Assembly: GCA_022616725.1 (NCBI GenBank)
Contig: JAKEEH010000246.1
Coordinates: 1-59,293 of the forward strand
Reading direction: 5' to 3'
DNA: 59,293 bases
DNA from: Limisphaerales bacterium
GTDB taxonomy: Bacteria; Verrucomicrobiota; Verrucomicrobiia; Limisphaerales; JAKEEH01
Part shown: one piece after another, positions 47,640 to 57,137 of the stretch
Layout of the letters: every line of letters starts with the position of its first letter
Position numbering within the stretch: the stretch's first letter is position 1
Notes under the pieces: generated by a model
Database searches by the model: none
What the model was told of the DNA's origin: nothing
The model's input: the letters and a program-made list of their open reading frames with translations, nothing else
Made by a program: the position numbers and the translations under genes

Positions 47640-49562
47640 TTACGCGCTGGTTGGCGCAGGGCGGGCGTCCGGAAGACCTTCGTCACCCGATTTGGTTCCA
47701 GCACCCTGCAGGGCGCGAAAGCTGGCCCAGTAGCGCAGTGGAATCAGCCCGAGGCCGATCAATACGATCTGGCTGGCAACAAACGCGACCAGCCACCAGA
47801 AGGCGGCGCCCATAAATCCGTAGGAGTGCAGCCCGATGTTGAGCATATTCACCCCAAACCACGACCAGCACGTCACGATGTTGCCCACGATGGCCAGGTT
47901 CATGAGCCCACGCTCTTTCACCATTCCACCCCAGCGCGCGTGCAGGATCAACGCGTTCCAAAGCACAATGATTAATGCACCGTTCTCCTTCGGATCCCAG
48001 CCCCAGAAGCGGCCCCAGGATTGATCAGCCCAGATGCCGCCGAGGACGGTGCCGACGAAGCTAAATAACGTCGCAAAACAAATGATGCCATAGACCATGC
48101 GAGTGAGCGCCCGGCTCGTCGCCGGCGAAAGCGTCTTGGTGAACACGCCGCGAATCAAATAGATAATGGCCAGGAAGCCCGCCACAAACGTCGAGGCGTA
48201 GCCGAGTGTCACCACGACCACATGCGTCGCCAGCCAAAAGTTCGTGTCGAGGACGGCTTGCATCATCTGCATCGTGTCGCCCGAAAGCGCGAGGTGATGC
48301 GCGATAATCAGAGTCAGAAATCCGACCGACGAGGCCACCACCGTCCCGATGCCGTCGCGATAAAACCGTTCGAGCACCATCCCGAGCACCACTGCCCCCC
48401 AGCCGATGAATATCGCGGACGAATACAGATTCGTGACCGGTGGACGGCCTTCCAGGAACATCCTGAAGAGCAACCCCGCGGTGTGGACGACGAAAGCCAC
48501 AACAACCAGCCATGCCGCCGAGCGCCGCAACACGTCCGACATGTTGAACCAGGAGGCGCAAGCCAGGATGAACGCCACAATATAAATGAGTAACGCTTTG
48601 TAGAATGCTTGCAAATGATTGAAGAAATATTCGCGGTTCGCCTTCTTCAATTCCGGCGCAAATTTCGGCGCCAGTGCGGCCCGATATTCACTGACCGCTT
48701 TGTTGAAATCGGCGACTCGGCCCTGACGATAGGCGGTTGCCATTTTTGCGTAAGCTGGGACGGCAAAGGGCAACGGCTGCCCGCGAATAACGTCCAGCAG
48801 CGCCTCGCCGATCCTGGACCATTCATCCCGCGAGCGCTCGGGATGCGGCGCGGGCACGAGCAAGGGCGTGTCCATGCGCACCATAATGCTGAAGCGATTG
48901 GCGAAATCGCCGAACTCCTTTAGCACCGTTTCATCGTGATCCCGGCCGGCCTCCTTAGCCCGAAAAGCCTTAACGCCTGACTCCACCCCGGCCAGATAAC
49001 GCTGCAGGTCCGCCTCGAAGTTCTGCGAATCCTCGGGATGGATCGTGTTCCGTAGCCGCATGTAAGTGAACAGACTGTTTTGCAGTTTCATGACCGCCTG
49101 CTCGAACTGGTTGCGGTGCGCCGGTTCAACTTGCGCGATGCGTTTGGCCTGCTTTTCGATCTCCTCCAGCGACGGTTTGATCTGGTTCCAGGAGTAGTGT
49201 TTACCGTCCTCCCCCGTGGCGCGATCCTTGCCCGGCAGCCTCAGCATGCTCTTGACGTCGGGATGGTCGATGCGAAAGACCTTGCGCGTGTCAGCCTTGG
49301 GCTGATTCATCATCAGTTCCATCAGCCACTCCGTCGCCGTCAGACTGCGCTTCTCATCCGCCAGTCGCACGGTCTGTTTCTCGCGAATCTGCAGCAACGA
49401 ATTGCGCGCCAGCGAATCGATCGGCTGGAAGCGCCCGTTGGAGACGATCGGCAGGCGTCCGAATTCCGTCACCGCCCGATCTTTGTCGCGCGGCATGCGC
49501 AGCGTGCCGAGAACCCACGCGCCAAAAACGCCCGCAATTACCCATGGCAGCCACTTGTTCAT
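47640..49562 (-). CDS. ccsA: Cytochrome c biogenesis protein CcsA (System II) with a long N-terminal periplasmic extension
   Basis: WWD motif WGRFWGWDPKENGALIIVLWNALILHARW. ATG 49562 (MNKWLPWVIAGVFGAWVL) forms an ATGA overlap with the ccsB stop. The upstream part of ORF 47640-50015 is an overlap artefact. Confidence 0.85.
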   Translation of the reverse strand: MNKWLPWVIAGVFGAWVLGTLRMPRDKDRAVTEFGRLPIVSNGRFQPIDSLARNSLLQIREKQTVRLADEKRSLTATEWLMELMMNQPKADTRKVFRIDHPDVKSMLRLPGKDRATGEDGKHYSWNQIKPSLEEIEKQAKRIAQVEPAHRNQFEQAVMKLQNSLFTYMRLRNTIHPEDSQNFEADLQRYLAGVESGVKAFRAKEAGRDHDETVLKEFGDFANRFSIMVRMDTPLLVPAPHPERSRDEWSRIGEALLDVIRGQPLPFAVPAYAKMATAYRQGRVADFNKAVSEYRAALAPKFAPELKKANREYFFNHLQAFYKALLIYIVAFILACASWFNMSDVLRRSAAWLVVVAFVVHTAGLLFRMFLEGRPPVTNLYSSAIFIGWGAVVLGMVLERFYRDGIGTVVASSVGFLTLIIAHHLALSGDTMQMMQAVLDTNFWLATHVVVVTLGYASTFVAGFLAIIYLIRGVFTKTLSPATSRALTRMVYGIICFATLFSFVGTVLGGIWADQSWGRFWGWDPKENGALIIVLWNALILHARWGGMVKERGLMNLAIVGNIVTCWSWFGVNMLNIGLHSYGFMGAAFWWLVAFVASQIVLIGLGLIPLRYWASFRALQGAGTKSGDEGLPDARPAPTSA

Positions 49563-50743
49563 GAGGCCCTTCGCTTTCCAATGAATCCAACCAAATGCAT
49601 CATAAACTGAATCACCATGCCGCCTCCGACGACGGCGCAGCCCGCGTAGGGCGCCACCCAACTCGGGTTGCGCACCACCTGCAGCGTGCTGGTCCCGCGC
49701 GCCTGGTCCAGCTCGTCGCGCCCCATTTGATGCTGAAAGAACGTCAAGCCTTCGTAGCGCAGCGGGTTGTTCATGTAAATATCCACCTCGCGCGACTCGC
49801 GCCTTCGCGGGTTCTCGATCTTGACGCGGCTTTGGAAATTCTTCGGGATGCCTCCAGGGTTGGAAGCGCTGTCCGTCCCGCGATAGACCTCGTGCGTTGT
49901 CTTGAGCAACTCCACCGAGAACGGATGATAAACGCGCTCGAAGCGCATCGTCATCCGCCATGTCTTGCCGCCCGCGATGATCTCCTGATCGCGGAGCTTG
50001 CCATGGGCGAGCCATGTTCCCAGCGACCCATCCGCGCCCGTCAACTCAAAGATCGCTGCCGGAACATTATACTCGTTCATCTTTTTGGCTTCCGTCAGCG
50101 GAATCAACGTAATGTTCCTGCCATGTCCCGCTGTCGTGGGCGGCGGATTCGTGTCCACCATCGGCGCGCGCTGCCGGACGTCGGCATTGATGTGCCACGC
50201 CTTCATGTTCACCGTGAACGGCAGTTCCGGATGCCGAATCTCCCCGCCGCGGACGAGCATTCCCTCGGGGATGGCCACGACCTTCTCCTGATCCGGCGTC
50301 GCCGAATCGGTGATAAGCACCAATTCGGTCGATTGCGGATCAACGGAAAAGTTCTTTGTTTCGCCCTCGGCGAAGCTCATCTGCGTCTCTTTGGAGAGGA
50401 TATCCGTGGCGAGCTGTCCCGCCAGGAGCAGGATGATCCCTGCATGCGTAATATGGATTCCGAGCTTTTTCCACGTGAGCTGAAACCTCGCGATGTGCGC
50501 CGCGATCAGGTTGATAAGCAGGACCGTGCCGATGAGGTACCCCCCGGGGAACATCGGAATCCTGAAGTTCGAGCCCGGCGGCGACCAGTAAACGAAGAAA
50601 CTGCGAAACCACCGGTCCTGCGCGTTGTAAAGCCCTTCGTTGACCTGGGCCAGCGTGCCAAAAAACACAAGAAGAATGCCCAGCGACAGGCAGACGACCG
50701 TCAACCGCAGCGATGTGAAGACTTTGACTATGCTCTTAACCAT
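49559..50743 (-). CDS. ccsB: Cytochrome c biogenesis protein ResB/Ccs1 (CcsB)
   Basis: MVKSIVKVFTSLRLTVVCLSLGILLVFFGTLAQV is a ResB-type N-terminus. The protein has a large periplasmic loop and a C-terminal TM, and lies directly upstream of ccsA. Confidence 0.8.
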   Translation of the reverse strand: MVKSIVKVFTSLRLTVVCLSLGILLVFFGTLAQVNEGLYNAQDRWFRSFFVYWSPPGSNFRIPMFPGGYLIGTVLLINLIAAHIARFQLTWKKLGIHITHAGIILLLAGQLATDILSKETQMSFAEGETKNFSVDPQSTELVLITDSATPDQEKVVAIPEGMLVRGGEIRHPELPFTVNMKAWHINADVRQRAPMVDTNPPPTTAGHGRNITLIPLTEAKKMNEYNVPAAIFELTGADGSLGTWLAHGKLRDQEIIAGGKTWRMTMRFERVYHPFSVELLKTTHEVYRGTDSASNPGGIPKNFQSRVKIENPRRRESREVDIYMNNPLRYEGLTFFQHQMGRDELDQARGTSTLQVVRNPSWVAPYAGCAVVGGGMVIQFMMHLVGFIGKRRAS

Positions 50744-51827
50744 TATTCGAATGCTTCGCCGACTGAATGAAGCGGATCAGCGCGGGTTTTTCGGCTTCGG
50801 CCACCGCATCGGCCCCCATCATCTTATAAAACCAGGTTCGCCCCCCATCGGGAACAATCGCCCCAATGAGACGCGTCCTGGCCTTCGTACCCAGATTTTC
50901 GCCACTCATATCCACTAAGATCGCGCCGCCTCCGGGAGCGTCAAGCGGTTGGATGATTGACTTCATTTCACTGTCACTTGCCGCGGGCAGGCCGATCTGC
51001 CCTCGCCAGCGATTCACGTTCGCATGCACGCCCCCAACGTCCCCGGGAAACACTGAAACGGTAATCTCCGCTTTCGCGTCTCCCTGGCCGCTGGCGATGA
51101 ATTTCGCCAGGACCATCTGTGTTGGCTCGACTTCCTTCCAATTCTTTGGGACAGCCCACGCTGGTTTGACTTCCGCGCCGGGAGCAGCCGTTTTGGCCAC
51201 CTCGGTTCCGTGTGCTGAGTAATCAAATGAAATCGATCTCAGAAAATCGGTGAAAACCGGTTTCTGTTGCCGGACGGACTCGTCTTCGCCGGTCATCTTG
51301 ATGAACCAGCTCGTATCGCCGTCCTTGACCATCGCGACGAGAATGCGCGCCTTGTGCTTGTCCTCGATCATCGGGTCATTGCTCACCATGTCGAACAACT
51401 CGCCTTCCTTTTCGCCGATTCGGACCTTCTCCGCGAGACCGCCCAGGTCAGATTCGCTCACCGCCTCAAGCCGGACCTGTTCCCGCCATAGGTTCACGAT
51501 ATCAAGCTGGCCAGCCGTGACGCCAGGCAGAGGCAGGATTGAAACATCCAAATTGCCGACCGATCCGGGAACGCTGAAACGAGCCGAGCGCATCGCGCCG
51601 GGCTCTACCTCGGTCCAGCCCCCCGGCACGGTGTAATGTGCGTGCGGCCGTGGCCCGCTGTCATGGGCGGCTGTCCTGGTCGGTGCAGGCTTTTCCTTTG
51701 GGGCGACGTAAACCCGGATTTCCTCCTTCTTGCAGCCCGCCAGCGCGGACAACAGCGCGAGCACGACAATAGCGGGCGCCCACCGGGATATGGACGCTGC
51801 GTGCCGGCTCAACTGCCTCAAATACAT
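50736..51827 (-). CDS. Lipoprotein with an internally duplicated roughly 140-aa domain, overlapping the ccsB start by 8 nt
   Basis: Lipobox LLSALAGC. The two halves align: YTVPGGWTEVEPGAMRSARFSV...TSWFIKMTGEDESVRQQKPVFTDFLRSISF versus WAVPKNWKEVEPTQMVLAKFIA...RTWFYKMMGADAVAEAEKPALIRFIQS. Confidence 0.65.
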   Translation of the reverse strand: MYLRQLSRHAASISRWAPAIVVLALLSALAGCKKEEIRVYVAPKEKPAPTRTAAHDSGPRPHAHYTVPGGWTEVEPGAMRSARFSVPGSVGNLDVSILPLPGVTAGQLDIVNLWREQVRLEAVSESDLGGLAEKVRIGEKEGELFDMVSNDPMIEDKHKARILVAMVKDGDTSWFIKMTGEDESVRQQKPVFTDFLRSISFDYSAHGTEVAKTAAPGAEVKPAWAVPKNWKEVEPTQMVLAKFIASGQGDAKAEITVSVFPGDVGGVHANVNRWRGQIGLPAASDSEMKSIIQPLDAPGGGAILVDMSGENLGTKARTRLIGAIVPDGGRTWFYKMMGADAVAEAEKPALIRFIQSAKHSNNG

Positions 51828-52016
51828 CAGGAAAACTGTACTGCCCGGAACAAAAAACCGAAAGCGGTTAATTCCAAGGTCCCGTTTAGACGCTCGGCAG
51901 ACCGGCCCTGTTCACAACAAACCCCCTAAAACTGGTGCGATGCCATTGAGGGAGCGCGACCGGCTCGCGCTCTCAGCCGGCGTGGCGTCCCGCCCCCTGG
52001 ATAAGGGTGCCGGCTG

Positions 52017-53777
52017 CTAGAGGCGGGCAACGAGGAGTTCGCGCTGGAAGATCATTTCTTTCGGAATAAAGGCGTAGATCTTCATAAAGAGTTCGTCCTG
52101 AGAGAGGATTTCGCGGCGCCATTCCTCGATATTAATCTGCTGGACACGCTCGAAGTGCTCGCGCGTGAAGCCCGGCAGGTCGTCCAGGTCAAAGTCCCGC
52201 GCGTTCGGCACCCAGCCCAGGGGTGTTTCGCGGGCGCCAACCCGGCCATGGCAACGATCGACTATCCACTCCAGAACGCGCATGTTCTCCCCATAGCCGG
52301 GCCACAGGAAATTGCCCTGGTCGTCCTTGCGGAACCAGTTAACGGAAAAAATCCGCGGCAGGTGAGTGATGCGTTTGCGCATATTCAGCCAGTGCCGGAA
52401 GTAAAACCCCATATTGTAACCGGTGAACGGCAGCATCGCCATTGGATCGCACCGCACGTGGCCCACCGCGCCAGCCGCGGCCGCTGTCGTCTCCGATCCC
52501 ATGGTCGCGCCCATGTAAACCCCATGCACCCAGTTGAACGCTTCATAAACCAGCGGCAGCGTCGTGGAACGGCGCCCGCCAAAAATGATCGCGCTGATGG
52601 GCACGCCTTTCGGGTCCATGGCTTCCGGCGCCAGCATCGGGTTGTTGGTCATCGGCGCCGTGAAACGGCTGTTCGGTTGGGCTGCGTGTTCGCCGGATTT
52701 CCAGGGGCGTCCTTGCCAATCGACCGTCCCTGCCGGCGGGTCTTCCCCTTTGCCTTCCCACCAGACGTCCCGGTCCGGCGTCAGAGCGACATTGGTATAG
52801 ATCGTGTCGCGCTTGATGATCTCCGTCGCATTCGGGTTCGAATGGACATTTGTGCCCGGCGCAACGCCGAAATAGCCAAACTCGGGATTGATCGCGTAAA
52901 GGCAACCGTCGGCCCCGGGTTTCATCCAGGCAATGTCATCTCCGACCGTCCAGATCTTCCAGCCGCGGAAGTGACGCGGCGGCTGCATCATGGCGAAATT
53001 TGTCTTGCCGCAAGCGCTGGGAAATGCCGCCGCGACAAACGTCTTCTCTCCGGACGGGGCTTCGACGCCCAGGATCAGCATATGTTCGGCGAGCCATCCC
53101 TCCTTGCGCCCCAGCCACGACCCAATGCGCAACGCCAGGCATTTCTTTCCCAGCAAAACGTTGCCGCCGTAGTTGGAGCCGACGGAGATAATCGTGTTGT
53201 CTTGCGGAAAATGAGCGATGTGACGGCGCTCGGGATCAAGGTCCAGCATCGTGTGCAGGCCGCGATTGAAGTCCGTGCCCTCGCCCAGTTCGTCGTAGGC
53301 GACTTTGCCCATGCGCGTCATGATGCGCATGCTAAGGACGACGTAAATCGAGTCCGTGAGTTCGATGCCCACTTTGGCCATCGGCGACTTGGGCGGCCCC
53401 AACAGGTAGGGCACCACGTACATCACGCGGTCGCGCATCGCGCCCGCGCACAGGCCGTAGAGCTTCCGATACATTTCCGCAGGCGGCGCCCAGTTATTCG
53501 TCGGCCCGGCTTCCTCCTCGCTTTCAGTGCAAACGTAAGTGCATTGCTCCACCCGCGCCACGTCATTCGGATGAGAGCGGTGATAATAACATCCTGGAAG
53601 CCTTTCGGGATTCAACTCCAGCAGCACGCCGGACCGGACAGCCTCGGCGGTGAGCGCTTCCTTTTCGACAGTGGAACCATCGCACCAAAATATTTCTCGC
53701 GGCTGGCAGAGCTCGGCCACTTTCCCGACCCAGGCAATCACCTCCGCATTCTGAGTATTACGGTTCCCAAGTTTCAT
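52017..53777 (-). CDS. pckG: Phosphoenolpyruvate carboxykinase (GTP)
   Basis: FPSACGKTNFAMM kinase-1a motif, WMKPGADG and NWFRKD. ATG 53777 (MKLGNRNTQNAEVIAWV) gives the usual length. Confidence 0.9.
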   Translation of the reverse strand: MKLGNRNTQNAEVIAWVGKVAELCQPREIFWCDGSTVEKEALTAEAVRSGVLLELNPERLPGCYYHRSHPNDVARVEQCTYVCTESEEEAGPTNNWAPPAEMYRKLYGLCAGAMRDRVMYVVPYLLGPPKSPMAKVGIELTDSIYVVLSMRIMTRMGKVAYDELGEGTDFNRGLHTMLDLDPERRHIAHFPQDNTIISVGSNYGGNVLLGKKCLALRIGSWLGRKEGWLAEHMLILGVEAPSGEKTFVAAAFPSACGKTNFAMMQPPRHFRGWKIWTVGDDIAWMKPGADGCLYAINPEFGYFGVAPGTNVHSNPNATEIIKRDTIYTNVALTPDRDVWWEGKGEDPPAGTVDWQGRPWKSGEHAAQPNSRFTAPMTNNPMLAPEAMDPKGVPISAIIFGGRRSTTLPLVYEAFNWVHGVYMGATMGSETTAAAAGAVGHVRCDPMAMLPFTGYNMGFYFRHWLNMRKRITHLPRIFSVNWFRKDDQGNFLWPGYGENMRVLEWIVDRCHGRVGARETPLGWVPNARDFDLDDLPGFTREHFERVQQINIEEWRREILSQDELFMKIYAFIPKEMIFQRELLVARL

Positions 53778-53884
53778 CCGCTGAAGCGTGCCATTGAAGA
53801 GGCTACGAAACAAGAGAGGGATAGCGCAGGGACGAGACATTCGTGAAATGGAGTGGAACTGTGACCGAGAACTCGATATCAAAC

Positions 53885-56800
53885 TCAGCGCTCAGGTAAG
53901 AAGTCTTTCGGATATCGACTCTGGAGGAATTGCCAGGTCTTTTGCAATTCGTCGGTTGTAAACTGGCCGGAGCGCTGACCGGACAAAAGCTGGGCCACCA
54001 GAGACAGATCCGGGATCGGTCGGTCGTCCCGGGGCAACTCCCAAACGAGCGCCGGGCCGTCGATGCTTTGCGCAAGAATGCGCCGGTCGCCTGTGATGAA
54101 CCGCGCCGACTTTAGCGGATCGCTATGGCGAATAGGCGGCGCGACTAACTCGCCGCTGAAGGCATCCCAAATTCGAACAGCGCCGCCTTTTTCAACAGTC
54201 AATACCCAACGGTCGTTTTGGCTGAACGCCGCGTATTGAACCTGGTCATCGTGCTTGAGCGGCGGCACTGGGACTCGTCGGCCGTTTTTCGCATCCCAAA
54301 GCACCGCAGTAAAATCCTCGCTGCACGTAATGATGCGATCTCCTTGCGGACTGAACGCCGCATAGAGAACACCATCCCGATGAGCCAGCGGCGGCCCCAG
54401 GGGTTGGCCAGTTTCCGCCTTCCACAATTGCGCGGACCCTGGATTCAGTTTCGTGTCCGACCATGACGTCAAAACCTGTGTATCGTCGGGCGAGTACGCG
54501 ATATGACTCACCTCCAATTTGTTGCTTAACGAGCACAGCAGGTGAAACTCGGCCCCGCGCAAGGTCCACAGTTCCACTCGTCTATCATGGCCGATTGCCA
54601 CACGATTCCCCCGGCCGTCGAATGCCAGACGGGTGGCGGATCGCGCCCCGGAAGGCCGCGAAACCGTGAGTTGCCGCTGCCCCGTTTCTGCATTCCATAT
54701 TATGAGATTTGCCCCGCCCCACGCGGCGATCCGATTTGCCGCGGAACTCAGCAGCCACTGGCTCAGCGAGCGGTCGCAGGGGATGGGCTGCCCGCGTGGT
54801 TCGCCGCTGGCAACGTCCCAGAGTTGCGCCACCTGGTCAGCGGCTCCGGATTGGCTTGATGATGTGACTGTCGTGAGCAGAGTTGTTCCCTCGGAATCGA
54901 GAGTTAACCCTGTGACGGGCCGATTTGGAACGCGAATTGTTTGTGACGGTGCGCTATCGAGGGTCTCACAAATCGCGACCATCTCGTTCGTTATAAGGGC
55001 ACAACGAAAGCCATCTCCACTGAAGGCGACCGGAACGGTGAGCGGCGTGGGCTGTGGGGACCGCAATTCCCAGACGCAAACGGTGCCGTCGATGAACACC
55101 GTTAGCACGCGCGCGCCGCTGGGGCTGAAAGCCGCGTGCTCGATTCGGGCGCTGTGGTGCAGGGTTGGGAGGGCGCGCATGCCGGTTTTGGTATCCCAAA
55201 TGTGCGCCGAGCCATCCAGGCAGGCCGTCACCAACCACTTGCCATCGGGACTGAATTCAGCGCTGCCGACGTGATCGGGGTGCCGCAGCGGCGGCACGAC
55301 TTCGCGCCCTGTCTCGGCCTCCCAGATTCGCGCCGAGTGGTCTCCAGAGGCAGTCGCGACCCACCGACTGTCCGGACTGAATGCGGCATAGCGGACCCAA
55401 TAAGTGTGCCCGGTCAAGCTCGCCAGGAGGGCGCCCGTGCTCGCGTCCCAGACTTTGGCTTGGCCTCCCTGCGTGGTGGTCACGATACGGCGGCCATCCG
55501 GGCTGAAATTGGCGAACCAAACCGTTTCGCTATGTCCGCGCAACAGAAGCTCCTGCTCGCCAGAGGATACGTTCCACACGCGCGCCTCCCAGACGCCATT
55601 CTCGGTCGTGACGATTCGATTTCCATCCGGGCTCAATCTCGCGTTCAAGACCCACCCAACGTGTTCATAAGAGCCAATCAACTTGCCAGTGCCGACATCC
55701 CACACCCGGGCAACCCTGTCCGCATTGCAGGTCACGATCTTGCGGCGGTCGCGGCTGAAGGAGCTTTTCTCCTGGCCATGTTTGCCACTGCCAAACTGCG
55801 GAGAGAGTTGCACCCCGCTGCGAACGTCCCATACGGCCGAGCGGCGCTCTGCGAACGGGCTCAGGATCTGGTCGTCAGTCTCCCCAAACTCGCCATAGCC
55901 CCACTCGTGTTTGTGAAAGCGCATCTGGATAAGTTTAGGCGAGTGCTGGAGTGCGGAGGCGATCCGAACGCGGTGAGTGAGCGCCTTGCCCGATTCATCC
56001 TCGTCCAATTCCAGGGCGCGCACGAACCACGGCAAGGCGCTTAAGTATTCTCCGTCGGCCAGGGCGCGGGAGCCCAGGCCAACATACGAGCCGGCCTGAC
56101 GCTGCCTGTCTTCAGCGGCGCGTCTCTTTTCGCGAACGATTTGAAAAAGGAGCAGCGGTATCAGCAGCACGAGCGCCGCCGCGATCGGCCCAAACCGCCG
56201 GCCCATGGCGATAAGGTGCTCGAATTGCAACAGGCGCGTGACCGATTTTCCGGCCCGAAGCAATGCGAGATGCGCTTGCAGTTCGGTCGCCGATTGATAG
56301 CGGAGTTTGACGTTGTCCTCGCACGCCTTGAGCAGGATTGCCTTCCATTCCGACTGAGCGCGGCTCTGGTCGGTCTGCAGCGAATCCTCGGGAAATGCCG
56401 GGAACTGATACCGATCCAATCCGGTGCTCGCCTCATAGAGGACTTTTCCCAGGCTATAGATATCCGCCGCCGGAGTGCCCGGGCCCTCCGGCGGGATGAA
56501 CCCTGGCGTGCCGATGAAAGTGGAGTCTTCGCTGATCTCGGTGACCAAACCGATGTCCACCAGTTTGGGCGTGCCATTTACCAGGATGATGTTGGATGCC
56601 TTGATGTCGCGGTGGACGAGCTTGTTTTTGTGAAGGTAATCCAGCGCCGCGCTCAACGAAGTCCCCAGGAGCAGGCATTCCTCCAACGGCAGGCGGCCGC
56701 GCTGTTGGAGCAGACCACCCAGCGTCAGACCGGAGTAGTTTTCGGGGATAATCTGCTGGCCGTTGACGGAATCGTCCGCCAATTCCATGACATAATAAAA

Positions 56801-57115
56801 GTATCCGGCGCGATCGTTCCGCTCGACTTGCAGAATGTCCGCGAAACCTTCGTGCGCTCGCGAGAGCGGCTCAAAATGCTTGATCCCCGCGTACTCCCGT
56901 TCGTACGGCCGATCCTCTCTGAAGTTGCTCCGATAGACTACTTTGACCGCTCGGTAGGTGCCCATGGCGTTGACCGCCAGCCAAATCGTGCCGTAGCCCC
57001 CTTTTCCGATCGGTCGCAGCAAATGGTGCGCGGGGATATCGATGCGCTCCCCTTGAGTCACCGCGGCGCTGGCCAGCCGGATCGTTTCCTCGTCACCCAT
57101 TGCTGGCTCTTCCAT
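53885..57115 (-). CDS. Ser/Thr protein kinase - TM - about 14 WD40 repeats
   Basis: IGKGGYGTIWLA...YRAVKV, HRDIKASNIIL and GTPGFIPPE define the kinase. One TM (IAAALVLLIPLLLFQIV) follows, then many (S/T)PDG..(I/V)VT....G.A.(V/I)WD units. ATG 57115 or 57100 is preferred over TTG 57148. Confidence 0.85.
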   Translation of the reverse strand: MEEPAMGDEETIRLASAAVTQGERIDIPAHHLLRPIGKGGYGTIWLAVNAMGTYRAVKVVYRSNFREDRPYEREYAGIKHFEPLSRAHEGFADILQVERNDRAGYFYYVMELADDSVNGQQIIPENYSGLTLGGLLQQRGRLPLEECLLLGTSLSAALDYLHKNKLVHRDIKASNIILVNGTPKLVDIGLVTEISEDSTFIGTPGFIPPEGPGTPAADIYSLGKVLYEASTGLDRYQFPAFPEDSLQTDQSRAQSEWKAILLKACEDNVKLRYQSATELQAHLALLRAGKSVTRLLQFEHLIAMGRRFGPIAAALVLLIPLLLFQIVREKRRAAEDRQRQAGSYVGLGSRALADGEYLSALPWFVRALELDEDESGKALTHRVRIASALQHSPKLIQMRFHKHEWGYGEFGETDDQILSPFAERRSAVWDVRSGVQLSPQFGSGKHGQEKSSFSRDRRKIVTCNADRVARVWDVGTGKLIGSYEHVGWVLNARLSPDGNRIVTTENGVWEARVWNVSSGEQELLLRGHSETVWFANFSPDGRRIVTTTQGGQAKVWDASTGALLASLTGHTYWVRYAAFSPDSRWVATASGDHSARIWEAETGREVVPPLRHPDHVGSAEFSPDGKWLVTACLDGSAHIWDTKTGMRALPTLHHSARIEHAAFSPSGARVLTVFIDGTVCVWELRSPQPTPLTVPVAFSGDGFRCALITNEMVAICETLDSAPSQTIRVPNRPVTGLTLDSEGTTLLTTVTSSSQSGAADQVAQLWDVASGEPRGQPIPCDRSLSQWLLSSAANRIAAWGGANLIIWNAETGQRQLTVSRPSGARSATRLAFDGRGNRVAIGHDRRVELWTLRGAEFHLLCSLSNKLEVSHIAYSPDDTQVLTSWSDTKLNPGSAQLWKAETGQPLGPPLAHRDGVLYAAFSPQGDRIITCSEDFTAVLWDAKNGRRVPVPPLKHDDQVQYAAFSQNDRWVLTVEKGGAVRIWDAFSGELVAPPIRHSDPLKSARFITGDRRILAQSIDGPALVWELPRDDRPIPDLSLVAQLLSGQRSGQFTTDELQKTWQFLQSRYPKDFLPER

Positions 57116-57137
57116 TCGATGGCGAATCCATTGCAGA

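Noticed and set aside
49563-50015. N-terminal 151 codons of ORF 47640-50015
   Set aside because: This part overlaps the ccsB coding region in another frame and is Arg/Gly-rich. The ATG at 49562 gives a TM-containing CcsA N-terminus and an ATGA junction with ccsB.
52155-53846. 563-aa plus-strand ORF
   Set aside because: It is antisense to GTP-PEPCK, which carries the FPSACGKTNFAMM motif, and shows no recognisable motif of its own. The same reasoning rejects 49595-50770, 34926-36002, 44773-45867, 55136-57145, 15481-17759, 19778-20785, 5234-5941, 7166-7915 and the minus-strand ORFs inside 30119-34159.
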